From Lachnospira sp. (lineage in GTDB: Bacteria > Bacillota > Clostridia > Lachnospirales > Lachnospiraceae): DNA of 57,824 nucleotides. The stretch is taken from positions 1 through 57,824 of the forward strand of contig JAQUVV010000001.1 in assembly GCA_028693195.1 (NCBI GenBank), written 5' to 3'. The notes beneath the pieces are model-generated. The model was not told the origin of the DNA. It saw only the letters and a list, made by a program, of their open reading frames with translations, and did no database searches. This document shows positions 8,895-18,880 of the stretch, piece after piece; the stretch's first letter is position 1, and the number at the start of each line of letters is the position of its first letter. The translations under genes and the position numbers were made by a program.

Positions 8895-10517
8895 TTATAA
8901 TACTGCCTGATTTAAGTAGTTTGCTTTTCTTCTGTAATCTGGTAATAATTTCGGAGATACTAAGTCAGTCTTGATACCAGTATCCTCTAATTCTTTTTCA
9001 AATTTATTCACATGATCTAATGTCAGATCTTTCACTTGAACATCTTTGAATTTCTTGGCTACCTCTTTACCAGCATCACGTCCAAATACAATAATATCAA
9101 GTAATGAGTTACCCATCAAGCGGTTTCTTCCATGGATTCCTCCTACCGCTTCTCCTGCTACAAATAAATTCTCTACAGAAGTCTGGCAATCTGCACCAAT
9201 TTGAATTCCACCATTCTGATAATGAAGGGTTGGGTAGATTAGAATTGGTACTTCTCTCATATCAATGTCATATTTCAAGTACATACGAAGCATTCCTGGA
9301 AGTCTCTTCTCCAATGTTCCTTCTCCATGAATTGCATCAATCATTGGTGTATCTAACCAGATACCTTTACCAAGTGGTGTTGTAACACCTTTTTCATTTG
9401 CACACTCACGAATAATAGAAGCGGCTGATACATCACGTGTTTCCAATGGATGCATAACTGCTTCTCCGGCTTCATTTACTAGCATCGCACCCATAGAACG
9501 CACTTTTTCTGTTACCAATGCTCCAAAAATCTGTTCTGGGAATGCCACACCAGTTGGATGATACTGTAATGTATCCTGGTATAATAATTCAGCACCTGCA
9601 CGGTATGCAAGTACAAGACCATCGGCAGTTGCACCATAGTGGTTAGATGTTGGGAATCCTTGATAATGAAGACGACCAGCACCGCCTGTAGCGATGATTA
9701 CTGTTTTTGCTTTGGCAATCAACAGTTCTTTTGTCTCCATATTCATCAGAACAGCTCCTGCTGCTTTTCCCTCTGAATCTTTGATAATTTCAATTGCAGA
9801 TGTAAAATCTACCACTGGAATCTGACGATTAATCACTTCGTCACGAAGTACACGCATAATCTCTGCACCTGAATAGTCGGCACATGCATGCATTCTCTTG
9901 CGAGATGTTCCTCCACCGTGAGTAGTAATCATAGTTCCATCTTTATCTTTATCAAACATAACACCAAGTTCATTCAACCATTTGATTGCGGATGGTGCTT
10001 CTGATACTAATTTACTAAGCAATTCTGGTTTGTTGGCAAAATGGCCACCGCCCAGCGCATCTAAATAATGAGTTGCTGGAGAGTCGTTCTCTTTGTCTGC
10101 TGCCTGAATTCCACCTTCCGCCATCATCGTGTTGGCATCACCAATACGAAGTTTGGTAACCATCATGACGTTTGCTCCACCTTCATTGGCTTCAATGGCT
10201 GCTGAAGATCCTGCTCCACCTGCTCCGATTACAAGTACATCTACATCATAATCTGGATTACTAAGATCTAATGATGCATCCTTAATTCGACTGTGAGCCT
10301 GAAGAAGTGCTCCTAATTCTGTCGGAACCTTTCCACCTTTGTTTGGACCCATCTGAAGTTGTACGAATTCATTCTCTCTATAATCAGGATGATACTGTTT
10401 CAACAATACATCTTTCTCATCCGCTGTCATTCTTCTTGGCTCTACGCCCATACGTTCTGCTCTAGTAGCTTCTACCTTTTTCACAGATTCAAGCATCTCT
10501 GGTGTAAACATGTTCAT
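8895..10517 (-). CDS. Soluble fumarate reductase flavoprotein (FrdA/TfrA-like)
   Basis: GAGGAG FAD motif; catalytic motifs QYHPT, ETRD, HYQNGG, HGRNRLMGNSL; covalent-FAD His replaced (ANTMMAEGG). Confidence 0.85.
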   Translation of the reverse strand: MNMFTPEMLESVKKVEATRAERMGVEPRRMTADEKDVLLKQYHPDYRENEFVQLQMGPNKGGKVPTELGALLQAHSRIKDASLDLSNPDYDVDVLVIGAGGAGSSAAIEANEGGANVMMVTKLRIGDANTMMAEGGIQAADKENDSPATHYLDALGGGHFANKPELLSKLVSEAPSAIKWLNELGVMFDKDKDGTMITTHGGGTSRKRMHACADYSGAEIMRVLRDEVINRQIPVVDFTSAIEIIKDSEGKAAGAVLMNMETKELLIAKAKTVIIATGGAGRLHYQGFPTSNHYGATADGLVLAYRAGAELLYQDTLQYHPTGVAFPEQIFGALVTEKVRSMGAMLVNEAGEAVMHPLETRDVSAASIIRECANEKGVTTPLGKGIWLDTPMIDAIHGEGTLEKRLPGMLRMYLKYDIDMREVPILIYPTLHYQNGGIQIGADCQTSVENLFVAGEAVGGIHGRNRLMGNSLLDIIVFGRDAGKEVAKKFKDVQVKDLTLDHVNKFEKELEDTGIKTDLVSPKLLPDYRRKANYLNQAVL

Positions 10518-10523
10518 CCCTCC

Positions 10524-11201
10524 TTATTTTTCAATTTCTCTTGTGTTGTAAAGTTCCTGAAGTTCTTCCACTGGTTTCTGCATTAATTTTTCAATTAATT
10601 CTGTGAAATCACCATTCTCAATTTCCTGAACGCGATTGGTTAAGTGAACAGATTCAGGTGCCAGATACTTACCTGTAATTCTGCGGGCCAATACACCAAC
10701 CTGAGCATGAGAAATTCCTGCTGGGCAGCGTGATGAACATACACCACACATTACACAGTCAAACGATTCTTCTGCACATTTTTCGAATTCTCCACGCTGT
10801 GCATATGCAATATACTGCATTGGGTTGATACCCTGTGTACAACTCTTGGTACATGCATTACATCCGATACAGCTATAAATCTCAGGATATAATTGCATCA
10901 TAACCTGCTCATTGGTTGATACGGTATTAATGTCGTATACTTCTTTTACCAATGGGAAATTTGGCAACGTAGCTATGTACATATTTTCCTGAACCTGTGT
11001 CTGACAGGCAAGACACGTTTTTAATTCCTTATCACCCTTGATTCTATAAAGTGTTGCACAGGCTCCACAGAATCCACAACGACATCCACATCCACGAACA
11101 AGTTGATATCCCGAATATTCCATAGCACCCATGATTGTCAGATTCGAAGGTACGCTGTACTTTTTCCCAAATAGGAATACATCAATCATTTTTTCTTCCA
11201 T
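10524..11201 (-). CDS. Fumarate reductase Fe-S subunit (2Fe-2S plus 2x4Fe-4S; FrdB/TfrB N-terminal-like)
   Basis: CRCGFCGAC..C, CIGCNACTKSC, CVMCGVCSSRCP; GGAGG RBS before ATG 11201. Confidence 0.8.
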   Translation of the reverse strand: MEEKMIDVFLFGKKYSVPSNLTIMGAMEYSGYQLVRGCGCRCGFCGACATLYRIKGDKELKTCLACQTQVQENMYIATLPNFPLVKEVYDINTVSTNEQVMMQLYPEIYSCIGCNACTKSCTQGINPMQYIAYAQRGEFEKCAEESFDCVMCGVCSSRCPAGISHAQVGVLARRITGKYLAPESVHLTNRVQEIENGDFTELIEKLMQKPVEELQELYNTREIEK

Positions 11202-11243
11202 TGTTATTATTTCCTCCATTTATTTCTGCAAAATGTCTCGTTT

Positions 11244-12077
11244 TTAGTACTCTGCTGGCAATTCGCCTAATTCATCATAACGGAATACTGGGCCATCTTT
11301 ACATACGTATTTGTCTCCGATATTGCAACGTCCACATTTTCCAACGCCACACTTCATCTTTAATTCCATCGTTGTATAAATCTGGTTTGTCTGAAAGCCA
11401 ATTTCCTGAAGTCCTGCAACTGTAAATTTAATCATAATTGGAGGTCCGCAGACTAATACGGTCTTATCGGTTGTAAATCCAAGATCTTTTACGTAGTTTG
11501 GTACAAAGGCTACATTGCCGTCCCATCCTTCCTGCTCACGGTCAATGGTTAAGTGAACATCGATTCCGTCGATATTAGACCAGGATTCCTGCATTTCTTT
11601 TAAATCTACCAAATCCTCTGCTGAACGAGCACCATATACCACATCTACTGTTCCATAGTTCTCACGGTTATCAATAACATAATTAATAACGGAACGAAGG
11701 GGTGCAATACCAATACCACCAGCTACAAATAACAGATTCTTCCCTTTTAATTCTGTTTCAACTGGGAAACATTTACCAAGTGGTCCACGGATTAAAATCT
11801 CCTGACCCACTTCCATCTGGTGAAGCCACTCTGTAACACATCCACATTTCTTAATGGAAAATTCCATGAATTCTTTATTTGTTGGAGATGACGTAATAGA
11901 GAACATCGCCTCTCCTACTCCAGGGATTGAGAGCATTGCACACTGTCCTGGCATATGTTCAAATACTTTTCCGCCTTCAGGAGCATTCACACGGAATGTC
12001 TTAACATCCGGTGTATCTCTTCTAATATCGGTTACAACACCAAGCTTAGGAATTAATACATCTTCTTTTTTAGTCAT
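11244..12077 (-). CDS. flxA: FlxA: FAD/NAD(P)H-binding 2Fe-2S subunit (AsrB/HydG/PyrK family)
   Basis: PGQ, AGGIGIAPLRS, CGPPIM, MKCGVGKCGRC..C.DGPVF. Confidence 0.85.
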   Translation of the reverse strand: MTKKEDVLIPKLGVVTDIRRDTPDVKTFRVNAPEGGKVFEHMPGQCAMLSIPGVGEAMFSITSSPTNKEFMEFSIKKCGCVTEWLHQMEVGQEILIRGPLGKCFPVETELKGKNLLFVAGGIGIAPLRSVINYVIDNRENYGTVDVVYGARSAEDLVDLKEMQESWSNIDGIDVHLTIDREQEGWDGNVAFVPNYVKDLGFTTDKTVLVCGPPIMIKFTVAGLQEIGFQTNQIYTTMELKMKCGVGKCGRCNIGDKYVCKDGPVFRYDELGELPAEY

Positions 12078-13098
12078 TCTTTTTCCCTCCTAAAGCCTTA
12101 ATTACTTTCACAATATTCAATGACTGTGGGCATTTCTGCAAACATCTGCCGCAACCAACACAAGAGAAATCTCCGTCATTATTAGCCGGGAAATATACCA
12201 GCTTATGCATAAATCTTTGACGAAATCTCTGAAGCTGTGTGGTTCTGTTATTTCCATGAGCCATCATTGTGAAATCAGAGTACATACAAGAATCCCAACA
12301 ACGGAATTTCTGTACACCATGTCCAGAATCATAATCACGAATGTCATAACACTGGCAAGTAGGGCATACAAAAGTACACGTTCCACATCCAAGACAGGCG
12401 CTTGACAGTGCTTCCCATTTTGGAGAATTGAACAATTCGTCTAGCGCATCACCGCCGAACCCTTCTAAAGACAAATCATGAAGTGGTGCTTTGGCAATCA
12501 TCTCTTTTACTTCTGTCTGCTGTTTCTTTACTTCCACATCATCAGCATCCACAAGAAGCTCTTTTACTTTGACAGTAAGTGCCTCTCCTTTTTCTGTTTT
12601 GCTGTCCCAGTATAAGGTATCTCCTACTATCCAAGTAACAACATCTCCTGCTGGAGAAGTTGCATCGATACCGAAGAGACCACAGAAACAGGTATCCGCA
12701 GGCTTAGAGCATGCCATTGATACAATGGTTCCATGTTTTCTTTTCGCTGCATAGTATGAATCGACTGGTTCGCTTAGGAATACTTTATCTAATACGTCAA
12801 AACTCTTTACATCACATGCACGGACACCAAAGTACACGGTTGGCTCTTCTGCATCTTCTGCTGCTTCGATTTCAATCTTCTTACCTTCTAATTTCGTCTT
12901 GTATAATACTTCTGTCTGTGGAAAGAAGAACCCTTTTGCCGACTTTACTGTATTAAGAGCATCTAATCTCACTTTTTCCTCTACACTCCAAAGGAAAAAT
13001 TCCACCTGGCCTGCACGCTCAATTGGTGCATACACCTTGCTATCCTGTCCTATAAGAGCGAAGAGTTCATTTAAGTTATCTATTGATAATTTATACAT
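12070..13098 (-). CDS. flxB: FlxB: AsrA/HydB-like Fe-S subunit
   Basis: GVRACD, CLGCGTCTFVCPTCQC, RFRQRFMHK, CVGCGRCLQKCP. Confidence 0.85.
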   Translation of the reverse strand: MYKLSIDNLNELFALIGQDSKVYAPIERAGQVEFFLWSVEEKVRLDALNTVKSAKGFFFPQTEVLYKTKLEGKKIEIEAAEDAEEPTVYFGVRACDVKSFDVLDKVFLSEPVDSYYAAKRKHGTIVSMACSKPADTCFCGLFGIDATSPAGDVVTWIVGDTLYWDSKTEKGEALTVKVKELLVDADDVEVKKQQTEVKEMIAKAPLHDLSLEGFGGDALDELFNSPKWEALSSACLGCGTCTFVCPTCQCYDIRDYDSGHGVQKFRCWDSCMYSDFTMMAHGNNRTTQLQRFRQRFMHKLVYFPANNDGDFSCVGCGRCLQKCPQSLNIVKVIKALGGKKND

Positions 13099-13100
13099 CT

Positions 13101-13976
13101 TTAATCCCTCCCTTTCTCATAGATTACGCTTGGTTCTGCATCTTCTTTCGTGAAGTTGGCAAGTGGTGGTCGGCTGTCTTCTGTCTCCCCTGCCTGATAC
13201 TCGCCATAGAGCTCGTTAATCTCTTTGATATACTTACGGTTAAATAAGTGAAGTGGAATGCCCTGTGGGCATACACGGCTACACTCCCCACAATCTGTAC
13301 ATCTTCCAGCCACATGGAACGCACGGATAATGTGGAACATCTTCTCTTCAAAGGAATCCGCATTGGCTTTACTGTCGATTCCGGAAGCGTGATTGTCAAA
13401 TACACATTTTAAACAAGTACATGCCGGACAGACATTGCGACACGCATTACATCGGATACATTTGCTAAGCTCACCCTGCCAAAATGCAAATCGCTCTTCC
13501 GGTGTCATTCCATCTAATTTTTCAACCAATTCGAATCGGTCTCTTGCTTCTGGTACAGTTAAGTCACTGTCCATTACTTCATCTGCAATCTTATGTTCAT
13601 TCCCTTTACAGGTGTTGCATTTCATCAGAAGTTCGCCCTTTTCGTCTTTCATCCCACCACATGGAATACCAAGGACAAATATTTTTTCTTTTTTAACACG
13701 ATGCTCTAACAATAATTCATTTAAACTATATGTATCGCAAGGTTTTAACAGCACCGCTACGTTTCCTTCTGCCTTGCTCTCTTTTACAAGATATTTGCTT
13801 AAGTTACTGCCACAGTACTCGTTATATACCAGTTCGTCAATATTCTCTTTGGTAAATGTAGCCGGAGAACAGTCATAATCAAACAGTCCTTTTTCCCATC
13901 CAATGACACGATCTACTGTACCATCTTCTAAAAGTGCTTTACATTTTGCAACGATTTCATCTCTTAATTTTTGCAT
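13101..13976 (-). CDS. flxC: FlxC: Fe-S subunit (FdhB/FrhB C-terminal-like)
   Basis: KPCD, CIRCNACRNVCPAC.C, RAFHVAGRCTDCGECSRVCP. Confidence 0.8.
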   Translation of the reverse strand: MQKLRDEIVAKCKALLEDGTVDRVIGWEKGLFDYDCSPATFTKENIDELVYNEYCGSNLSKYLVKESKAEGNVAVLLKPCDTYSLNELLLEHRVKKEKIFVLGIPCGGMKDEKGELLMKCNTCKGNEHKIADEVMDSDLTVPEARDRFELVEKLDGMTPEERFAFWQGELSKCIRCNACRNVCPACTCLKCVFDNHASGIDSKANADSFEEKMFHIIRAFHVAGRCTDCGECSRVCPQGIPLHLFNRKYIKEINELYGEYQAGETEDSRPPLANFTKEDAEPSVIYEKGRD

Positions 13977-14407
13977 CGCAGATCCCTCAACTTTCTGTTT
14001 GGTCCAAGCTCTTTAACTGCGGAAACAAACTCATTCATTGTTGCAGAGAATTTAGCGCCCTCTGCTGCGGAAACCCACTCCACTCTGGTACGTTCTTTCT
14101 CAATTCCCAGATAGTCTAACATGCCGAATAACATTGTCATTCTACGTCTTGCATAGTAGTTACCTGTTGAGTAATGGCAATCTCCTGGGTGACATCCACA
14201 AAGGATCACACCGTCTGCTCCTCTTTCAAAGGCACGAAGGATGAACATTGGATTTACACGGCAAGAGCAAGGTACACGGATAATCTTAACATCTGCTGGA
14301 TAAGATGCTCTGCTTGATCCTGCTAAATCCGCACCTGCATAACTGCACCAGTTGCAACAAAAGGCAACGATAGTTGGTCTAAATTCGCCATTTTCATTTA
14401 TTTGCAT
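13964..14407 (-). CDS. flxD: FlxD / MvhD-like 2Fe-2S subunit
   Basis: FCCNWCSYAGADLAG, RVPCSCR, GCHPGDCHY, WVSAAEG; start reassigned to ATG 14407 after GGAGG. Confidence 0.9.
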   Translation of the reverse strand: MQINENGEFRPTIVAFCCNWCSYAGADLAGSSRASYPADVKIIRVPCSCRVNPMFILRAFERGADGVILCGCHPGDCHYSTGNYYARRRMTMLFGMLDYLGIEKERTRVEWVSAAEGAKFSATMNEFVSAVKELGPNRKLRDLRCKN

Positions 14408-16401
14408 ATCGCATCTACCTCCGCCATAATCTGTCTCGTTGAGAATCCCTGTAAATCCATAGCTCCAGATGGACAAGCAACTGTACAAGCCCCACAGCCC
14501 TGACATACTGCACTGTTAACCTGAGCCAGTCTACGTGTCTCACGTACACCATGATCATTTACTTCCTTCTCTTCGTATGTAATCGCTCCATATGGACATA
14601 CATTGGCACATACAGAACATCCACTACATAATAATTCCTCTGATTTTGCTACACATGGATTGGCAATCAACTTGTCTTTGCATAGAAGTCCAATCACCTT
14701 GGACGCTGCCGCTCCGGCCTGTGCAACGGTCTCAGGAATATCTTTTGGTCCCTGGCACACACCAGATAAGAATACACCGGCTGTTGGACTTTCTACTGGA
14801 CGAAGTTTTGCGTGAGCCTCTGTTAAGAAGTTGTTTGTATCAATACTTGCCGTCAGCATAGTCGCCAGATCTTTTACAGATTCATCAGGCTCAATTGCTG
14901 TTGCCAGTACCACCATATCCGTCTCCAGTAATAACTGTTCATTGGCTAACAAATCAGAACCCTGAACTAAAAGACGGCCATTGCTTCTGGTAGAAACTTT
15001 ACCTACCATCCCTTTAATATAATCCACACCATATTCCTCTACTGCACGACGGTAGAACTCATCAAAGTTCTTACCAGGAGTACGAACATCAATGTAGAAT
15101 ACGTGCACATTCACATCCGGATATTTATCACGAATCAACATTGCATGTTTTGCTGTATACATACAACAAATCTTTGAACAGTATCCTTTTTCACGACAGG
15201 ACTCTCCACGAGAACCTACGCACTGGATGAATACCATATCTGTCGGATGTTTATGATCAGAAGGTCTAACTAATTTTCCTTTTGTTGGTCCAGCTGCGTT
15301 CATAATTCGCTCTAATTCCAGAGAGGTTACAACATCTGGGCTCTGTGAATACTGAAATTCATCGAACTTATCCACCTTGATTGGATTAAAACCTGTGGCT
15401 GCTACAATTGCACCGTATTCTCTGGTTACGATTTCATCTTCCTGCTCAAAATCAATGGCATTGACACCACATGTCTTCTGGCAGATACCACATTTGCCAG
15501 TCTTAAAATGAAGACAGGCATTTTTATCAATAGATGGGATATTCGGAATTGCCTGCGCAAATGGAATAAAAATTGCACTTCTTGTATCTAATCCCATGTT
15601 AAATTCATTTGGAGTTTTTCTAGATGGACATTTCTCTGTACAAGCTCCACACCCTGTACAAACATCCGTGTTAATATATCTTGCTTTCTTGCGAATATCC
15701 ACTGTAAAGTTTCCGACAAACCCTGATACATTGTCTACTTCGCTATAGGTATATAATGTAATCTTGTCATTGGCTGAAGCGTCTACCATCTTAGGAGTTA
15801 AGATACAAGCAGCACAGTCTAATGTAGGGAATGTCTTATCAAGCTGAGCCATCTTACCACCAATGGTCTGTTTCTTTTCTACAATATCAACCTCGAATCC
15901 TGCATCTGCAATGTCCAAAGCTGTCTGAATACCTGCAATACCACCACCTATAACCAACGCTCTCTTGGTTACTGGATTCTCTCCTGCAATAAGCGGTGTG
16001 TTTAAGTTTAATTTTGCAACAGCAGATCTTCCTAAGATGATCGCTTTTTCAGTTCCTTCTTCCATATCCTTATGAATCCATGAACACTGCTCACGAACAT
16101 TGGCAATCTCCACCATATATGGGTTCAGTCCGGCAGCTTCTGCTGTCTTTCTGAAGGTAGCTTCATGCATTCTAGGTGAACATGAACATACAACAATACC
16201 AGTCAGGCCATTATCTTTAATGGCATTCTTGATAATAAGCTGTCCTGCTTCCGAACACATATACTGGTAGTCTGTAGAGAATACAACACCAGGTTCATTT
16301 TTTAATGTTTCTGCCACTTTAGCAACATCTACAGTTCCTGCAATATTACTTCCGCACCAGCAAACAAATACGCCTATTTTCTGCAATTCATTCACTTCCA
16401 T
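14398..16401 (-). CDS. hdrA: Heterodisulfide reductase subunit A (bifurcating flavoprotein)
   Basis: IGVFVCWCGSNI, CSCSPRMHE, ANVREQCSW, GGGIAG, LDKTFPTLDC, QCVGSR, CSKICC, GPKDIPETVAQ. Confidence 0.95.
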   Translation of the reverse strand: MEVNELQKIGVFVCWCGSNIAGTVDVAKVAETLKNEPGVVFSTDYQYMCSEAGQLIIKNAIKDNGLTGIVVCSCSPRMHEATFRKTAEAAGLNPYMVEIANVREQCSWIHKDMEEGTEKAIILGRSAVAKLNLNTPLIAGENPVTKRALVIGGGIAGIQTALDIADAGFEVDIVEKKQTIGGKMAQLDKTFPTLDCAACILTPKMVDASANDKITLYTYSEVDNVSGFVGNFTVDIRKKARYINTDVCTGCGACTEKCPSRKTPNEFNMGLDTRSAIFIPFAQAIPNIPSIDKNACLHFKTGKCGICQKTCGVNAIDFEQEDEIVTREYGAIVAATGFNPIKVDKFDEFQYSQSPDVVTSLELERIMNAAGPTKGKLVRPSDHKHPTDMVFIQCVGSRGESCREKGYCSKICCMYTAKHAMLIRDKYPDVNVHVFYIDVRTPGKNFDEFYRRAVEEYGVDYIKGMVGKVSTRSNGRLLVQGSDLLANEQLLLETDMVVLATAIEPDESVKDLATMLTASIDTNNFLTEAHAKLRPVESPTAGVFLSGVCQGPKDIPETVAQAGAAASKVIGLLCKDKLIANPCVAKSEELLCSGCSVCANVCPYGAITYEEKEVNDHGVRETRRLAQVNSAVCQGCGACTVACPSGAMDLQGFSTRQIMAEVDAICK

Positions 16402-16460
16402 TCTTTCTATGTATTTTTATGGACTTCGCTGTGAATACGTCGTCCCGCATTATCATTTAC

Positions 16461-16853
16461 TTATTTTGCATATTTTCTAAAAGCACTAACCAACGCCTGT
16501 TGAGGAATCTCGCTGTCTAACTTCGCTGGAATATCGTTAGCAGTCAGATGATTCTGATTCTGCTGACGAATCACTTCTAATCGAACTGCCTCTACCAGTT
16601 TAGCCGGCTCTACACTTCTTGGGCAACGCTCCACACAGGCAAAGCATGTTAAACAGTAGTAAAGTGACTTGGAATTCAATAGTGGCTCAATATTCCCTTT
16701 CTCTACCATAGCAACAAACTGATGTGGATGGTATTCCATCTCATCGAATGCTGGACATGTTCCAGAACATTTTCCACATTTCATACATTTCTTTGGATTC
16801 ACTCCACTGGTTCTTAAAATAGATTCTTTTAAGTTTGTATTTTCACTCATCAC
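16461..16853 (-). CDS. hdrC: Heterodisulfide reductase subunit C
   Basis: CMKCGKCSGTCP and CLTCFACVERCPR; lies between hdrB and hdrA. Confidence 0.88.
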   Translation of the reverse strand: MMSENTNLKESILRTSGVNPKKCMKCGKCSGTCPAFDEMEYHPHQFVAMVEKGNIEPLLNSKSLYYCLTCFACVERCPRSVEPAKLVEAVRLEVIRQQNQNHLTANDIPAKLDSEIPQQALVSAFRKYAK

Positions 16854-16861
16854 GCTTCCTC

Positions 16862-17647
16862 CTATTCTTTCACGCCTAAAGCTTCTGCTAATAGCTCCGT
16901 GAAGTAATGTACTGGGAGCTGGTGATCAGTACTGTTTTCTTTTAAATTATACATACATAAAGGACAGGCTGTAATTAACTCTTCTACACCGTATTCTGCT
17001 GCAGATGCCATCACTGCATTGCAACGCTTTGTAGCAAATGACTTATCCTCTACGGTGACATAACCTCCACAACATTCGTTTCTCTGTGCATACACAACTG
17101 GTGTGGCACCAAGCGCTGTAATAAAGTCCTCCATAATAGTAGGATTCTCTGGATCATCAAAAGCCATCTCCTTACTTGGACGAAGAAGCAGGCATCCGTA
17201 ATAGGCACCTATCTTTCTTCCCGTCAAAGGATTTGTCACCTTCTCCTTAATCTTATCGAATCCAACCACATCACGTAACATCTCTAAATAGTGCAATACG
17301 TTAGTTTCCCCATGATATGGAGTCTCAAACTGTGCATAGTTATTCACTTTTAGCTGAACGTTCTCATCGTGCTGCATATCGTAATTCACACGTTTAATTA
17401 CATTGTGACATGCAGAACAGACTGTCACGAGATCCTTGCCTGCATCTCTTGCGCTTACTAATGTTCGTACAGATGAAAGCTTTGTCGCAATCTCATCTTT
17501 GGCTACTGGATATACACCACCACAGCACTGCCATTCCCCTATTTCATCCAATGTGACACCTAGAGCTTTGGCAGATTCTACTGCATACTTATCCAAATCT
17601 TTTGCCTTTGTTTTCAGGGTACAACCCGGGTAATAACTAAAGTTCAT
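16862..17647 (-). CDS. hdrB: Heterodisulfide reductase subunit B
   Basis: YYPGC, two CCG domains (WQCCGG, NECCGG), YYGCLLLRP, TACPLC. Confidence 0.92.
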   Translation of the reverse strand: MNFSYYPGCTLKTKAKDLDKYAVESAKALGVTLDEIGEWQCCGGVYPVAKDEIATKLSSVRTLVSARDAGKDLVTVCSACHNVIKRVNYDMQHDENVQLKVNNYAQFETPYHGETNVLHYLEMLRDVVGFDKIKEKVTNPLTGRKIGAYYGCLLLRPSKEMAFDDPENPTIMEDFITALGATPVVYAQRNECCGGYVTVEDKSFATKRCNAVMASAAEYGVEELITACPLCMYNLKENSTDHQLPVHYFTELLAEALGVKE

Positions 17648-17711
17648 ATTCTCTTATCCAACCGAAATTGGATTGTCCCTCCTTTCTATTTCTTGTATTT
17701 TATACAAACTC

Positions 17712-18650
17712 TTATATGTCCAGAGTTTTAATAATGTCTTTCAATGTTTTTGCACTTACACGTAACTTTTCTTCTTCCTCTTCTGTTAGTTTCATCTCAA
17801 GACGGCTCTTCACTCCCTCAGGACCTACAACCGTTGGAAGACTTAAACATACATCTTCAATGCCATACTCGCCGTGTAACATAGTAGACAATGCACATAC
17901 AGAGTCAAATGCTGCTGTAAGGTTATCTACGATACGACATACAGAAACAGCAATGGCATAGAATGTAGCTCCCTTATTGGAAATGATTTTGCCACCGGAT
18001 TTCTGTACATATTCTAATACGGCATCATAATCAAGGGGCTCTGCTTCTCCTGCATATTTGTTATAGTATTCATTAATTTCAATTCCTGAAATGTTGGTGA
18101 GTGACCATGGAATAAATGAAGAATCTCCGTGTTCTCCTAATACATATCCGTGCACGTTTCTCTGTGAAACTTCCAGATGTTCTGAAATAGTAGAACGAAG
18201 TCTTGCAGTATCAAGGATGGTTCCTGAACCCATAATCTGCGTTTCAGGAATTCCTGATTCTTTCATAAACACATATGTCAAGATATCAACTGGATTACTT
18301 ACAATGATGTACTTGGCATTTGGTGCTTCCTTTGCAATCTTTGGAGCGATGTCCTGCATAATGCCCACATTAATCTGTGTCAATTCCAGTCTGGTCTGTC
18401 CTGGTTTTCTACCCATACCAGAAGTAATAACTACGATATCAGACCCCTTGGCATCTTCGTAGTCTCCCGCTGTTACTTTAATTGGGTCACGGAATGCAGT
18501 ACCCTGTAAAATATCCATGGCTTCCCCATCTGCTTTGTTTTTATTGATATCAATAATAACAATTTCAGATGCTACTGTTCCTGTAGCCAATGTAAATGCT
18601 ACTGTGGCTCCTACTGAACCAGCTCCGATTACGGTGATTTTTGTACCCAT
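17712..18650 (-). CDS. mdh: LDH-like 2-hydroxyacid dehydrogenase, probably malate dehydrogenase
   Basis: GAGSVG, SNPVD, LDTARL, GEHGDS; substrate loop GMGRKPGQTR has Arg (MDH-type) where LDHs have Gln. Confidence 0.75.
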   Translation of the reverse strand: MGTKITVIGAGSVGATVAFTLATGTVASEIVIIDINKNKADGEAMDILQGTAFRDPIKVTAGDYEDAKGSDIVVITSGMGRKPGQTRLELTQINVGIMQDIAPKIAKEAPNAKYIIVSNPVDILTYVFMKESGIPETQIMGSGTILDTARLRSTISEHLEVSQRNVHGYVLGEHGDSSFIPWSLTNISGIEINEYYNKYAGEAEPLDYDAVLEYVQKSGGKIISNKGATFYAIAVSVCRIVDNLTAAFDSVCALSTMLHGEYGIEDVCLSLPTVVGPEGVKSRLEMKLTEEEEEKLRVSAKTLKDIIKTLDI

Positions 18651-18697
18651 AGTTTCTCTCCTCTTGTTCTAAGATAGTTTAATTTCATATTGTTACA

Positions 18698-18714
18698 CGT
18701 TAATTTTTTAACAT
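18698..18714. promoter_or_regulatory. Rex-like operator upstream of mdh-hdr-flx-frd
   Basis: CGTTAATTTTTTAACAT (GTTAA-N4-TTAAC), just downstream of a TTGAAC...GATAAT promoter on the minus strand. Confidence 0.6.
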
Positions 18715-18817
18715 CTTTGTCTATATTATCACAATCATAAGGTATAGTTCAACCTTTTATTTGTAAAATTATTTTTTAAAGTTTTTCTTTCATTCATGTG
18801 ATTAATTCATCATACAA

Positions 18818-18857
18818 AATTGACTTTCTGCGATTATAAATCTGGCAGAAGTCAATT
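18818..18857 (-). terminator. Terminator-like hairpin after the fumarase genes
   Basis: AATTGACTT(T)CTGC...GCAGAAGTCAATT. Confidence 0.55.
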
Positions 18858-18880
18858 CTCTATGACCTTGAAATGCTTAA

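Noticed and set aside
11244-13098. Anaerobic sulfite reductase asrAB or a NiFe hydrogenase
   Set aside because: No AsrC or hydrogenase large subunit; adjacency to hdrA and mvhD identifies them as Flx subunits
14408-14506. N-terminal extension of FlxD/MvhD in the ORF track
   Set aside because: Overlaps the hdrA 3' end; the RBS and family start point to ATG 14407
13964-17647. Methanogenesis, sulfate reduction or selenocysteine-containing Hdr
   Set aside because: No mcr or dsr genes, no in-frame TGA, Cys at the relevant motifs; the context points to fumarate reduction
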